DNA of 64,000 nucleotides from Candidatus Eremiobacteria bacterium (GCA_963758295.1 CAVWUU010000004.1:160001-224000); one strand, 5' to 3'. Numbered from the stretch's first letter, positions 30,273 through 40,404 are shown. The notes: generated by a model from the letters alone, not told the origin. Numbers and translations: made by a program.

Positions 30273-30761
30273 ATGTTCGGTCCCGATCGCTACGTTACCC
30301 GGCTTGCTGACGTGCCGCATGAAGAACTCGAATCCGCAGGCATCACGGGTCTCATCGTGGACCTCGACAACACCCTGATGGGCTTCCGGCAGACGGAACT
30401 CTGCGCCGATCATCTCGCGTGGGTTGAACGCGCGCACGACCGGGGCTTTAAAATGGTGATGGTGTCGAATAATTTCACCGAACGAGTCACCGGCATCGCC
30501 AAGCAGCTGCGCATTCCGTGCATCCCCAATGCGCTCAAACCGCTGCCTTTCGGCGTCATGCGCGCTGTTCGAATGCTTGAATTGCCGCACGAAAAAATCG
30601 CCGTCGTCGGCGACCAGCTCTTCACCGACGTGCTTGCCGGGAAGATGTGCGGCTTGTATACCTTGCTCACCGAGCCCATCGAAGCGAAAGATTTCCCTAT
30701 TACAAAAGTCTTCCGGTTTCTCGAGAAATTGATGCTGCCGCAGAAGCCGTCGTCGCGATGA
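30273..30761 (+). CDS. yqeG: YqeG-family HAD IIIA phosphatase
   Basis: DLDNTL, VSNN, A.KP, VGDQLFTD; SD GGAGG. Confidence 0.9.
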   Translation: MFGPDRYVTRLADVPHEELESAGITGLIVDLDNTLMGFRQTELCADHLAWVERAHDRGFKMVMVSNNFTERVTGIAKQLRIPCIPNALKPLPFGVMRAVRMLELPHEKIAVVGDQLFTDVLAGKMCGLYTLLTEPIEAKDFPITKVFRFLEKLMLPQKPSSR

Positions 30762-31519
30762 AACTTGCGCTGATCGGCGATCCCGTTTCGCATTCGCGCA
30801 GCCCCGAACTGCATCGCCGGTTCTTGCGCGAAGCCGAGATCGACGGCAGCTACGTAGCCATCCGCGTGCCGGCGGCCAACGTCATTCAAGTGGTGCGGCG
30901 CATGAAACTCGACGGGTACCTTGGCGTCAACGTCACCTATCCCCTAAAAGAAGAAGCGATTCGCGCGTGCGACACGCTTACCGATGAAGCGCAACGCGCC
31001 GATGCTGTAAACACCATCATTTTCGGACGCGAGATCCTCGGCCACAATACCGATGGCATCGGCGCGCGCGTCGCGCTCGAAGCCGCCATCGACGAAGAAT
31101 CGGTCGCGCTGAAGCGCATCGGCGTCCTCGGGTACGGCGCGACGGCGCGCGCCATTCTCGCGCAACTGCAAGAGAACGACGCGTACACGTTTGTGTGGGG
31201 ACGCGACAAGAAGAAGAGCGCCGCCGTCTGCGAGCGCTTCGAGGCCAAGCCGTGGCCATATGAAAATCCGCCGGAAATCGTGATCAGCACGCTGCCTCCC
31301 GACACGCGCCTCGAGCCGGATATTCTGCAAAACGTCATTGCTGCCGACGTCGTGATGGACGCAAATTACGGCGAACGTTCGACACTGCATCGCCAGCTCG
31401 ATCGCGAAGTGATTCCGGGCGACGCGATGTTGGAAGCACAGGCACGCGCATCGTTCGACTTTTGGTTAGCCCACCTCGACGGCGTCGCGCCCGAAGAAGC
31501 GCCGCACCTAACACTCTAG
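30758..31519 (+). CDS. aroE: Shikimate dehydrogenase
   Basis: LIGDPVSHSRSP..H, NVTYPLKE, AVNT, HNTDGIG, GYGATARA; ATGA overlap. Confidence 0.88.
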   Translation: MKLALIGDPVSHSRSPELHRRFLREAEIDGSYVAIRVPAANVIQVVRRMKLDGYLGVNVTYPLKEEAIRACDTLTDEAQRADAVNTIIFGREILGHNTDGIGARVALEAAIDEESVALKRIGVLGYGATARAILAQLQENDAYTFVWGRDKKKSAAVCERFEAKPWPYENPPEIVISTLPPDTRLEPDILQNVIAADVVMDANYGERSTLHRQLDREVIPGDAMLEAQARASFDFWLAHLDGVAPEEAPHLTL

Positions 31520-31768
31520 ACATGGCGTTTGCCGGCTTCGTTCGGGCCGCGCTCGCCGGCGCGAGTTTTGGTACCACGTCCTTTTACTTTTTGATTTATG
31601 CCGTCATTGCCGCTATCGGCGGGACGATTGAAGGGCGTTAAAGGCTAGCGCTTTTGGTCCGGGACTGCACCGACGGAACAGCGGTTCCAATCGACGCGCG
31701 CGTAGGCGTTCGCATCTTCCGGGATGATGTGGACACGACGTTACGGAGAGCCACGAAGTACCCGGACG

Positions 31769-32644
31769 CTAAGGTGATGCGGGGTCTAACCAGCGCGCAA
31801 TATTGCGCACGTACTCTTTGAAGATCTCGAAGCGTTCAGGGTCGTCCGCGATTCCATGTCCCGGTTTATCGGTAACAAAAGACGGGCTGCCTTTCGCCGT
31901 GTTCCAATTGAGATCGACGAAATGATGGAACGTCGATTCCGCCACCGCGCGCCCCATCGAGCTGCTGCTCGTGGAGCACGGCTCCCCTTCAATGGCGACG
32001 ACGGAGTTAAACGTACGTCCGGTCTGCGCGCTTTTGCCGCGCGCAATGACCCGTCCGCAAAGCGCGTCGTCCGCCGGTACGTCGACTGCGCCCTCATGGG
32101 GATGAGCGGGGAAAAACTCGATGCGCCCGTTCGGCGCGCGATCGCTGCGGAGCAATTCGTGGAGCGGCTCGACGATCTCGATGCGCTGATAATCGCCGTT
32201 GGCGCCCGAATGATAGTTCGGATAATCGATGCTCGGATTGTCGCGATCGTCGGCAGTAAGCCGCTCGGGATCGCGTTCGGGATTGTGACTGTGGAAGTGA
32301 TTGACTATCCCCAACGATCCGAGTTCGCGGAGGCACGCCCCGAGATCGCCGTGATCGCGCGCCGTTAGCACGCCCCCGCCACCCTCACGAAACGCGAGAA
32401 TTCCCGCAACGTCACGCGGAGAAAGCCCGTCGCCCGTATCGACAGCCATCAGCCAGAGTTCATCGATGGCGCGCTCAGGCAGCGTTGAAAGGATCGGGTC
32501 GTCGCCGTCTTTGCCGGGCTCGCGATCGCGTGCGATGACGTTGTGGCCTGCATGAATCAATTCGTCGCGCAGGAGCGTGAAACGTTCAACGTTCCAATCG
32601 TCTTGCGCATACGGGATCGTAGTCTGCAGCAAAATGGTCGCCAT
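31769..32644 (-). CDS. Conserved hypothetical protein
   Basis: Long ORF; GGGVLTARDHGDLG, NYHSGANGD, PAHPHEG, ESTFHHF. Confidence 0.7.
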   Translation of the reverse strand: MATILLQTTIPYAQDDWNVERFTLLRDELIHAGHNVIARDREPGKDGDDPILSTLPERAIDELWLMAVDTGDGLSPRDVAGILAFREGGGGVLTARDHGDLGACLRELGSLGIVNHFHSHNPERDPERLTADDRDNPSIDYPNYHSGANGDYQRIEIVEPLHELLRSDRAPNGRIEFFPAHPHEGAVDVPADDALCGRVIARGKSAQTGRTFNSVVAIEGEPCSTSSSSMGRAVAESTFHHFVDLNWNTAKGSPSFVTDKPGHGIADDPERFEIFKEYVRNIARWLDPASP

Positions 32645-32699
32645 AGGCCCTAAGATAGCAAAAACCGCCGCGTTGGTGGCGGCGATTTTTGTTCTACAT

Positions 32700-32786
32700 C
32701 GGAGAGGGGGAGATTCGAACTCCCGAGACCCGTGAAGGTCTGCTCGCTTTCCAAGCGAGTGCATTCGACCACTCTGCCACCTCTCC
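32700..32786 (-). tRNA. tRNA-Ser(GGA), CCA not encoded
   Basis: GGAGAGGTGGCAGAGTGGTCGAATGCA-CTCGC TT GGA AA GCGAG-long variable arm-GGGAGTTCGAATCTCCC-CCTCTCCG. Confidence 0.97.
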
Positions 32787-32831
32787 AGGCGGTTCCTTCG
32801 CTTTGAGGCGGGGGGCTGTTACTCCTGGCCG

Positions 32832-33488
32832 TTACGATGCAGCGACGGGGAGCGGGCAGAGATTGGCGTTATACGTTGCGATGAAGAACGCATAGAGATG
32901 CCCGTCTTGGAATGCGTCGTCCGTCGCAACTGCCGGCAAATCCCAGCCGTAGTTGCCAGCGATGCCGCCGCCCACCTTGCCCATCACCGACGGCCCGGCG
33001 AGCGCGCCAACCTTCAAGCTTAGCCAGCCGATATCGACCTTGACGAGATAATATCCCGCGCCCGGCGCCGGCGTAGGCAGCACGGCGTTTTTCGCCGGCG
33101 TGCAGTACGGAACAACGCTTTGCGGCGAGAGCGGAAGCGTAAAGCTTCCGTTGGCGATGTACCACGGCGCATCGAAGATCGAATCGTCGCACGTCGAGCC
33201 GGCCGGGACGAAGGTCCCATCGTCGTTAACGGCGACCGGCGTGACGAGATGGAAGTTGTCGCACGACCGTTTTCCGCCGTGACAATAGATGACGTCGCGC
33301 GAAGTGATCGACGGACGTTGCTCCATCTTCACGGACTGCGTTGCAAGCGAAAAGCGGTGCGTTGAGGAGAGCGCGTCAGGTGCGACCGGCGGTTGCGGCG
33401 ATGTGGCAGCGCCTCCGCAGGCGGCGAGAAGCGCTGCGCCGGCGAGCGCGGCTGCCGTCAGCCGTAGATACCGTGCAAGATTCAACAT
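32832..33488 (-). CDS. Hypothetical lipoprotein
   Basis: Lipobox LLAACGG; SD GGGGAG; several Cys. Confidence 0.7.
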   Translation of the reverse strand: MLNLARYLRLTAAALAGAALLAACGGAATSPQPPVAPDALSSTHRFSLATQSVKMEQRPSITSRDVIYCHGGKRSCDNFHLVTPVAVNDDGTFVPAGSTCDDSIFDAPWYIANGSFTLPLSPQSVVPYCTPAKNAVLPTPAPGAGYYLVKVDIGWLSLKVGALAGPSVMGKVGGGIAGNYGWDLPAVATDDAFQDGHLYAFFIATYNANLCPLPVAAS

Positions 33489-33607
33489 AAAAAGCTCCCC
33501 AGGATAGGAAGTAATAGCCCCGCCTTGCTTTTTCGACATCCGAGGTGCCGCTTGCTAGTCTTCGTGGGCGGCCTAATGCGAAGGCTCTGTAAAGAGCCGC
33601 TTAACGT

Positions 33608-34396
33608 TTAAGGTTGTTGGATGCTCGCGCCGGCGAACAGCGCTTCGAATTCGTCTTCGGGGAGCGGACGGCCAAAGAGGTAGCCTTGAGCGAACTCGCA
33701 CCCGCACTCGCGTAAAAACTCGGCTTGCGCCTGCGTCTCGACGCCTTCGGCTTGCACCTTTAGCCCGAGCGCATGCGCCATCGCGATAATCGCCGTGACG
33801 ATTGCAAGGTCGTTGCCGTCGTTCGGAATGTCGCGTACGAACGCTTTGTCGATCTTCAGTTTGTCAATCGGAAAGCGTTTCAAATATGCGAGCGACGAAT
33901 AGCCCGTACCGAAATCATCAAGTGCGAGGTCCATGCCCAAGCTTTTGATCTGACGCATGATACCGATCGAGTCCTCGGCATTATGCATGGCGACGCTTTC
34001 GGTGATTTCGAACTCGAGCGACTTCGCGCTGAATCCGGCGGCACGGATTGCGTCTTCGATCGATTTGATCAAGTTGTAGTGCATGAATTGGCGCCCGGAA
34101 AGATTTACAGCGAGATGCAACGGACGATTGAATTGCGTCTGCCATGCGCGCACGCGTTGAACGGCGGTGCGAAGAATCCAATCCCCGAGCTGCACGATGA
34201 ATCCCGAGGTTTCCGCTTGGGTGATGAAGGTCTCGGGCGGCGAAAACGTGTCGCCCCGTTGCGGCCAGCGGCACAGGGCCTCAACACCAATGATCGAGCC
34301 GGTCGGTAAATCGACAACCGGCTGATAGAAGATCCGAAACTCACCATAGTGGAGGGCGTTGGCTAACCGTTGGTGTGCCGGAAGACGATAGCTCAC
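33608..34396 (-). CDS. Stand-alone EAL c-di-GMP phosphodiesterase
   Basis: FYQP, EAL.RW, VNLS, EITES, DDFGTGYSS, KID, AEGVE, QGY. Confidence 0.92.
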   Translation of the reverse strand: MSYRLPAHQRLANALHYGEFRIFYQPVVDLPTGSIIGVEALCRWPQRGDTFSPPETFITQAETSGFIVQLGDWILRTAVQRVRAWQTQFNRPLHLAVNLSGRQFMHYNLIKSIEDAIRAAGFSAKSLEFEITESVAMHNAEDSIGIMRQIKSLGMDLALDDFGTGYSSLAYLKRFPIDKLKIDKAFVRDIPNDGNDLAIVTAIIAMAHALGLKVQAEGVETQAQAEFLRECGCEFAQGYLFGRPLPEDEFEALFAGASIQQP

Positions 34397-34412
34397 GTAA
34401 GAAGGCCTTTCG

Positions 34413-35018
34413 TTAGCCTTCCGAGCGTTCCCTTAGTTCCGGCCCAGAAAACAGCAGCGCCGAAAAGTAGGCAATGCGCGAGGCTTCTTCGGCGAGGTCG
34501 GTCTGCACGAACGCGCGATCGAGCACTTCATCGATGGCCGTAAGTCCGTGTCGTTCCATCACGACAACGGCGGCTCCGCGTTCAAATTCGACGGCGCACA
34601 GGTCGGCTAACTCTTGCGTACCATTTTTGCGATAGGGAGTCCAAGCGCACGCACCCAGCGATTCCATCGCTCCAACGGTATCGCGAGGAAAGAGGCCCCC
34701 GGTTTTCGACCACACGACACTAAACGTGGGATGCGTGTGAATGACGTATCGGATTTCCGGGCGCACGCGATACGCGGCCACGTGTAAGGGCAGTTCGCTT
34801 GTCGGGTGCTGATCCGGATTCCGCGCGATGCCGTCGGGAGAAACGCGAACCAGCTCGTGCGCTGCGACGGATTGGAACGAACTGGATGCGGGCGTTACGA
34901 GTAGATCGCCGTCATCAAGGCGCGCGCTGAGATTGCCGCTTGACCCGCTCGTCAAGCGTCGATCCCAAATTAGCCTTGTGTATTTGATGAGGTCGCGGCG
35001 AGCCGTCTCTTCATGCAC
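34413..35018 (-). CDS. Class II aldolase/adducin-family protein
   Basis: SGNLSAR, PTSELPLH, HTHP, ERHG. Confidence 0.88.
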   Translation of the reverse strand: MHEETARRDLIKYTRLIWDRRLTSGSSGNLSARLDDGDLLVTPASSSFQSVAAHELVRVSPDGIARNPDQHPTSELPLHVAAYRVRPEIRYVIHTHPTFSVVWSKTGGLFPRDTVGAMESLGACAWTPYRKNGTQELADLCAVEFERGAAVVVMERHGLTAIDEVLDRAFVQTDLAEEASRIAYFSALLFSGPELRERSEG

Positions 35019-35895
35019 CGGCAGGATGCCAAATCGTTTTGATTTCGCACAGCGACGAGATTTCGTGCAGCGATTGCGCGTCGGGGGCGAGCCATTCCGT
35101 GCGCGACCGCTCGGGATATCGGCGAACGCGTTTCACGTTTTCAGCGGCGTCGCGTTCGATGGACCGTGTGAGCTCCGCATCGCCTTCTTCAAAGACGATG
35201 GCGTTTACGTCCATGTGCTTCGCAAGCGTGGGCGCTACTTCGGCGCGGAATCCGGTGAGCACGTTTGCAGCGCCCGCAGGCAAATCGCTTGTCGCCAAAC
35301 ATTCGGCAAACGCCATGGCGGTTCTCGGATCGCGTTCCGATGCAAGCAGGACGACGCTGTTTCCGGCCGCGATCGCCGGCAGCAGAACCGAAACCAAACC
35401 GGCCAGCGGCGAACGATCGGGCGCGAGGATCGCGACGACACCCATCGGTTCGGCGGTCGAGAAGTTAAAGTGGGGGCCCGCAACCGGATTGCGCGCCGAA
35501 AGCAACGCCGGAAATTTGTCACACCAGCCCGCGTACCACACGGTGCGATCGATGGCCGCGCTTACTTCCGCTCGAGCGTCCCCCTCCGAAAGGTTCATGC
35601 CTTCGCGAACGCGAGCAATCAGCTCATCGCGCCGCGCTTCCATCATCTCGGCGAGACGATACAAAATAAGGCCACGCGTTGCGGGAGCGGTTTTCCACCA
35701 CTTCACTTGCGCCGCACGCGCCGCAACGACAGAATCACGAGCGTCTTTTTTTGATGCCCGGGCGATGTTCGCTCCAAAGTCCCGTCCGTCCCAAAGAGGG
35801 TCGCTCCGCCCGGATTCCGAGCGCACGAAAGCGCCGTTGATATAAAGCTTATACATTTTCCGGATAGAGAGCCGCGGGTCGCCGTTCTTGGACAT
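35011..35895 (-). CDS. Short aldehyde-dehydrogenase-family protein lacking the catalytic domain
   Basis: KMYKLYING.F.RSESGR, VWYAGWCDK, EPMGVV, AAENVKRV; no ELGG or catalytic Cys. Confidence 0.85.
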   Translation of the reverse strand: MSKNGDPRLSIRKMYKLYINGAFVRSESGRSDPLWDGRDFGANIARASKKDARDSVVAARAAQVKWWKTAPATRGLILYRLAEMMEARRDELIARVREGMNLSEGDARAEVSAAIDRTVWYAGWCDKFPALLSARNPVAGPHFNFSTAEPMGVVAILAPDRSPLAGLVSVLLPAIAAGNSVVLLASERDPRTAMAFAECLATSDLPAGAANVLTGFRAEVAPTLAKHMDVNAIVFEEGDAELTRSIERDAAENVKRVRRYPERSRTEWLAPDAQSLHEISSLCEIKTIWHPAGA

Positions 35896-35949
35896 TAGAA
35901 CCCGGGCTACGACGCAAGGGAGGATGGCACCTCGGGCGAACGGTCGGCC

Positions 35950-37548
35950 ATGGCCGAGCCTGCACTTCTCGGGCGCGTCGTCATTGCCGAACCGTTCGAC
36001 GAGCGGGGCATCGCAGTGTTGCGCCGCGCCGGCGCCGACGTCGTGTCCGTTGTCGGACTACCACGCGAAGCTCTGCACTTGGCGCTGCGTGACGCGCGCG
36101 GCCTCATCGTGCGCTCGGAAACCCGCGTCGATTCTTCGCTGCTCGCGTACGGTCCGCAACTCGAAGTGGTCGCACGCGCAGGTGTTGGCGTCGATGCGAT
36201 CGACGTAGATGCAGCAACTGCCGCCGGAATCGTCGTGGTGAATACGCCTGCAGCGAACACCCTGGCTGCGACGGAGCAAACGTTTGCGCTCCTGCTGGCC
36301 GCGATGCGCCATATTCCGCAGGCGCATGCTAGCGTGCACGCGGGCGAGTGGAATCGCAAGCCGTTTGTCGGCCACGAACTTTACGGCAAAACGCTGGGGA
36401 TCGTAGGGCTGGGACGTATTGGAAGCAACGTCGCGTCGCGTGCCGCGGCATTCGGCATGCGCGTCGTCGCTCACGATCCGTTTATCCCGGCATCCCGTGC
36501 CGGCGCGCTTGACGTAGAGCTGCTCGATTTCCAAGACATGCTTGAGCTGGCTGATGTGGTGACGTTGCACGTGCCGCTCACGCCGCAGACGCGAGGAATG
36601 ATCGATGCCGGCGCTCTTCGTCATATGCGCGACGATGCGGTGCTGATCAATTGCGCTCGCGGCGGCGTTGTCGACGCACAGGCACTGGTAGAAACGCTCG
36701 ATGAGGGCCGGTTGCGGGCCGTAGCCGTGGACGTGGTGCCGGAAGAGCCGCCGCCCGCCGATTCCGCATCGGCCCGTCTACTGCGACATGCGCGCGTGGT
36801 TTCCACGCCGCATCTCGGCGGATCGACGTATGAGGCGCTGGAGCGCATCGCGCTCGAACTTGCCGGCGACGTCGTTGGGGTTTTGCGAGGCCGGCCCGCA
36901 AACGGCGCAGTCAACGCGCCGGTCTTAACCGGCGCGGACGCGGAGCGCGCCGGCGGATTCGTCGATCTCGCGTTTCGTTTAGGATCGCTTTTGCCGCAAC
37001 TTTTCGACGAAGCGTTGCGCCATGAGATCGCCGTGGTTTTGCACGGCGATTTAGAGTCGGTGACGCCGGAGCCGTTTCTCGCGGCGTTACTTGCCGGGGC
37101 CCTGCCGTTCGTTAGCGACCGGCGCGTCTCGCTCGTCAATGCCATGAGCGTCGCCCGAGAGTTGGGCATCCGCACGAATGTCACTCGGGAACGCGCCGCC
37201 GCGCCGTTTCGTGCGTCGCTTACCGTGGCAGCCGGCGAGCACCGCATCGTGGGAACCGTGTTGCCGACGGGAGCAAGAATCGTCGCAGTCGATGGCTTCG
37301 AAATTGATGCCGTCGCCGACGGAACCTTGCTCGTAACGCGGCACCGCGACGTCCCCGGCATGGTTGGCCACATCGGCACCATCCTGGGCAATGCAGACAT
37401 AAACATTTCGACGATGCAGGTTGCCCGCGAACAGCGCGGCGGTGAAGCCATGATGGTGTTGGACGTCGATCGCGAAGTGCCCAAAGACGTAACGGCAGCC
37501 GTGGCAAGCATGGAAGGCATAACGTCGGTTCGGGTGGTGAAAATATGA
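35950..37548 (+). CDS. serA: D-3-phosphoglycerate dehydrogenase with ACT domain
   Basis: RAGVGVD, GLGRIG, INCARGG, TPHLGGST, HRDVPGMVG. Confidence 0.95.
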   Translation: MAEPALLGRVVIAEPFDERGIAVLRRAGADVVSVVGLPREALHLALRDARGLIVRSETRVDSSLLAYGPQLEVVARAGVGVDAIDVDAATAAGIVVVNTPAANTLAATEQTFALLLAAMRHIPQAHASVHAGEWNRKPFVGHELYGKTLGIVGLGRIGSNVASRAAAFGMRVVAHDPFIPASRAGALDVELLDFQDMLELADVVTLHVPLTPQTRGMIDAGALRHMRDDAVLINCARGGVVDAQALVETLDEGRLRAVAVDVVPEEPPPADSASARLLRHARVVSTPHLGGSTYEALERIALELAGDVVGVLRGRPANGAVNAPVLTGADAERAGGFVDLAFRLGSLLPQLFDEALRHEIAVVLHGDLESVTPEPFLAALLAGALPFVSDRRVSLVNAMSVARELGIRTNVTRERAAAPFRASLTVAAGEHRIVGTVLPTGARIVAVDGFEIDAVADGTLLVTRHRDVPGMVGHIGTILGNADINISTMQVAREQRGGEAMMVLDVDREVPKDVTAAVASMEGITSVRVVKI

Positions 37549-38172
37549 CCGTGCACGTGGCGCGTCACGGCGAAACGGATTGGAATCGCGCGGGACGTTA
37601 TCAAGGTCAACGCGAGTCCAACCTTACGGAAATCGGACGAGCCCAAGCCGCGGCGCTCGCCTCGGCGCTCGGATCGCATCCGGTGACCAAAGTCATTTCA
37701 AGCCCGCTTCGCCGCTGCGTCGAAACCGCCGAGGCAATCGCTGCGTCAGCCGATGTTCCCGTCGAATGCGACGCCCGGTTGCTCGAAATCGCGCATGGCA
37801 TGCTGGGAAGGCCGTTTACGCACGCAAATCGAGCGCGCCGACCCGGAAACGATGCGGCAGTGGCGCGAAGCGCCCGATACCGTTTGCTTTGACGGTGGCG
37901 AGTCGCTCGCTGCAGTCTTGGCGCGCTGGCAATCGTTTGCCCAAGCACTGGATGGGAAGAATGAGGTCGTGCTCGTCACGCACGACGTGCTCGTTCGACT
38001 CGCCATTCTGTCGGCAACGCAGCGTCCGTTATCCCAGTTATGGGAACCGCGCGTCGTGAACGGGGGCTACGCCCGGTTCACGGTACGGAACGGTTCATGG
38101 CGCCTCGAAGACGAGTGTGTGGACGGCCACCTTGCGGAATTGCTCGTCGATCCGCGACAGCAAGCGTTATAA
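37545..38172 (+). CDS. pspA: Histidine phosphatase, probable metal-independent phosphoserine phosphatase; one extra base near 37803
   Basis: RHGETDWN..GRYQG, SSPL.R, EIAHGM/WEG, GGESL, VTH, C-tail HLAELLVDPRQQAL; ATGA overlap with serA. Confidence 0.75.
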
Positions 38173-38196
38173 GTAGAAGAGGTCGCAAATACTTTT

Positions 38197-38769
38197 ATGG
38201 CTAGCACCCAAACATTTCTCACCGACGTTCAAGAACTGCGCCGGCGCGCGCGCGAAAACATGGAACGCGGCGCGATCACGGAACAGTACGAACTCGACCC
38301 CAAGCAGGTCGTCGACGTATTGAATCAGGCGCTCGCAACGGAAATCGTTTGCGTGTTGCGCTACAAGCGGCACTACTTCGCCGCTAAGGGATTGAATAAA
38401 GACGCGGTCGCCGAAGAGTTTCTGCAGCATGCGAAAGAAGAACAGGAACACGCCGACCGCATCTCGGAGCGCATCGACCAGCTGGGCGGCGAACCGGATC
38501 TGAATCCGGCGACGCTTACGTCGCGCAGCCATTCGGAGTACGTCGAAGGCGACGATCTTGTGGACATGATCAAGGAAAATCTCGTAGCCGAACGGATCGC
38601 GATCGAGTCGTATTCCGAAATCATTCGCTTCCTCGGCACGAAAGACGTAACGTCGCGCCGGCTGATGGAACAGATCTTGGAAGTTGAAGAAGAACACGCG
38701 AACGATATGCTGGATTTGATCGATCAAATCGTCGATAAGGGCAGCAACGGGAAAGGCAGTTCGAAATAG
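38197..38769 (+). CDS. Ferritin-like (bacterioferritin/DpsL-type) protein
   Basis: LNQALATE, EE..HAD..ERI.QLGG.P, ENLVAERIAI..Y, EEEHA. Confidence 0.88.
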   Translation: MASTQTFLTDVQELRRRARENMERGAITEQYELDPKQVVDVLNQALATEIVCVLRYKRHYFAAKGLNKDAVAEEFLQHAKEEQEHADRISERIDQLGGEPDLNPATLTSRSHSEYVEGDDLVDMIKENLVAERIAIESYSEIIRFLGTKDVTSRRLMEQILEVEEEHANDMLDLIDQIVDKGSNGKGSSK

Positions 38770-39380
38770 AGATCGTTTTCGTCCGTCACGGAAAGACCGA
38801 CTGGAATCGCTCGAAGCGGTTTCAAGGACATAGCGATATTCCACTTTCGAACGAGGGCCGCGCGCAGGCGCGGGCCCTCGCTTCTGTTTTGCAAGGCGAA
38901 CGCTTCGACCGCGCGTATGCCAGCGATTTGGGACGGGCGATTGAAACCGCGCAAGCGATTGCCGCCGGCTCGAACGTGGAGGTCGTCGTCGATGCGCGGC
39001 TACGCGAATTCAATTTCGGGCTGTGGGAAGGGCTGACGTGGGACGAGATCGTCGCCCGTTGGCCGCAGCACGCGGACAGAGGATACACCGATGCCCGGGG
39101 CTACCAGCCTGAAGGCGGCGAGAAGTTTTCCGACGTTCAGGCGCGCGTCGCGTCTTTTCTCGATGAAGTGGAACACGCGGGTTTTGGCCGCGTGCTGGTT
39201 GCGACCCACGCCGGCGTCCTTCACGCCGCGCTCGCCGCGCTGGCACCACGGCTCTCGGTGTACGAGCGAGCGCTGAAAATCGCGTTTTCTCCCGCAAGCA
39301 TCACGCGCGTAACGATGGAAGGCGAGCAGGTCCGCCTAATAACCATAAACGATGTCTCCCATCTCCATTCCGCCCCTTGA
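38766..39380 (+). CDS. cobC: Histidine phosphatase, probable alpha-ribazole phosphatase; apparent ATA start
   Basis: EIVFVRHGKTDWN..RFQG, ASDL.RA, EFNFG.WEG, GGE, THAG; directly upstream of cobT. Confidence 0.7.
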   Translation: MEIVFVRHGKTDWNRSKRFQGHSDIPLSNEGRAQARALASVLQGERFDRAYASDLGRAIETAQAIAAGSNVEVVVDARLREFNFGLWEGLTWDEIVARWPQHADRGYTDARGYQPEGGEKFSDVQARVASFLDEVEHAGFGRVLVATHAGVLHAALAALAPRLSVYERALKIAFSPASITRVTMEGEQVRLITINDVSHLHSAP

Positions 39381-40404
39381 TGCCGATGCCGCGCGCGCCA
39401 CACGGCAACGAATCGATCAGCTTACGAAGCCGGTCGGAAGCCTCGGCCGCATCGAGGAATTAGCCGAACGACTTGCTGCGATTCACGGTGCTTCGCCGCC
39501 CGTATATCGGCGCAAAGCCATTCTGGTCGGCGCCGGGGATCATGGCGTTACTGCCGAGGGCGTAAGCGCGTATCCGAGCGAGGTAACGCCGCAAATGATC
39601 GGCGCGTTCCTCGGGGGGTTTGCGGCCATAAATGCATTTTCGCGCGTCGCCGGCGCGGAAGTATTCGTTGCCGATTTCGGCGTCGCATCGGAGCTGCCGC
39701 CGCACGACCGGCTGCTGAACGTAGCGGTTGCGCGCGGCACGAGAAACTTCGCGCGCGAAGCCGCGATGCCGTTCGATCACGTGCAGCGTACGTTAGATGC
39801 CGGTACGCGTGTTTTCGAAACGCTCGTGGAACGCGTGGATCCGCAAATTCTGGCGCTCGGCGAAATGGGTATTGGGAACACCACGAGCGCGGCTGCGCTC
39901 ATCGCTGCGCTCGGCGAAACGTCGCCCGAAGATGTCGTGGGTCGCGGCACCGGCATCGACGATGAAGCATTGCGGCGCAAACTGGGCGTCGTGTCGGCAG
40001 CCGTGCAACGCTGCTCCGGTTTTGATGCCCCGGCAATCGCAGCACAAGTCGGCGGATACGAAATCATTGGACTGGCCGGCGTTCTGCTCGCAGCGGCGCA
40101 GCGGCGCGTCCCGGTGGTGTTGGACGGGTTTATCGTAAGTGCTGCGGCGCTTCTTGCGCAGCATCTTGCACCGGGCGTCGCCGGCTACTGTATTGCGGCG
40201 CATCGTTCCCGCGAGCCGGGACACCTCGTAGCGCTCCGGCTGCTCGGCTTAGTGCCGTTACTGGACCTGGATTTGCGTTTGGGAGAAGCCAGCGGCGCCG
40301 CGCTCGCGCTGCCCTTGTGCGAAGCCGCGGCGCGGATGGTCTGCGAAATGAAGACCTTCGCCGAAGCCGGCGTCGCAACGGCACACGAACCGATCGAGGC
40401 GTGA
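39352..40404 (+). CDS. cobT: Nicotinate-nucleotide--dimethylbenzimidazole phosphoribosyltransferase
   Basis: LTKPVGSLG.IE, GDHGV..EGVSAYP, GEMGIGNTT, GRGTG, LRLGEASG. Confidence 0.95.
   Translation: MSPISIPPLDADAARATRQRIDQLTKPVGSLGRIEELAERLAAIHGASPPVYRRKAILVGAGDHGVTAEGVSAYPSEVTPQMIGAFLGGFAAINAFSRVAGAEVFVADFGVASELPPHDRLLNVAVARGTRNFAREAAMPFDHVQRTLDAGTRVFETLVERVDPQILALGEMGIGNTTSAAALIAALGETSPEDVVGRGTGIDDEALRRKLGVVSAAVQRCSGFDAPAIAAQVGGYEIIGLAGVLLAAAQRRVPVVLDGFIVSAAALLAQHLAPGVAGYCIAAHRSREPGHLVALRLLGLVPLLDLDLRLGEASGAALALPLCEAAARMVCEMKTFAEAGVATAHEPIEA

Noticed and set aside
32700..32786. tRNA-Ser as an integration site for an island
   Set aside because: No duplicated tRNA 3' end or integrase noticed
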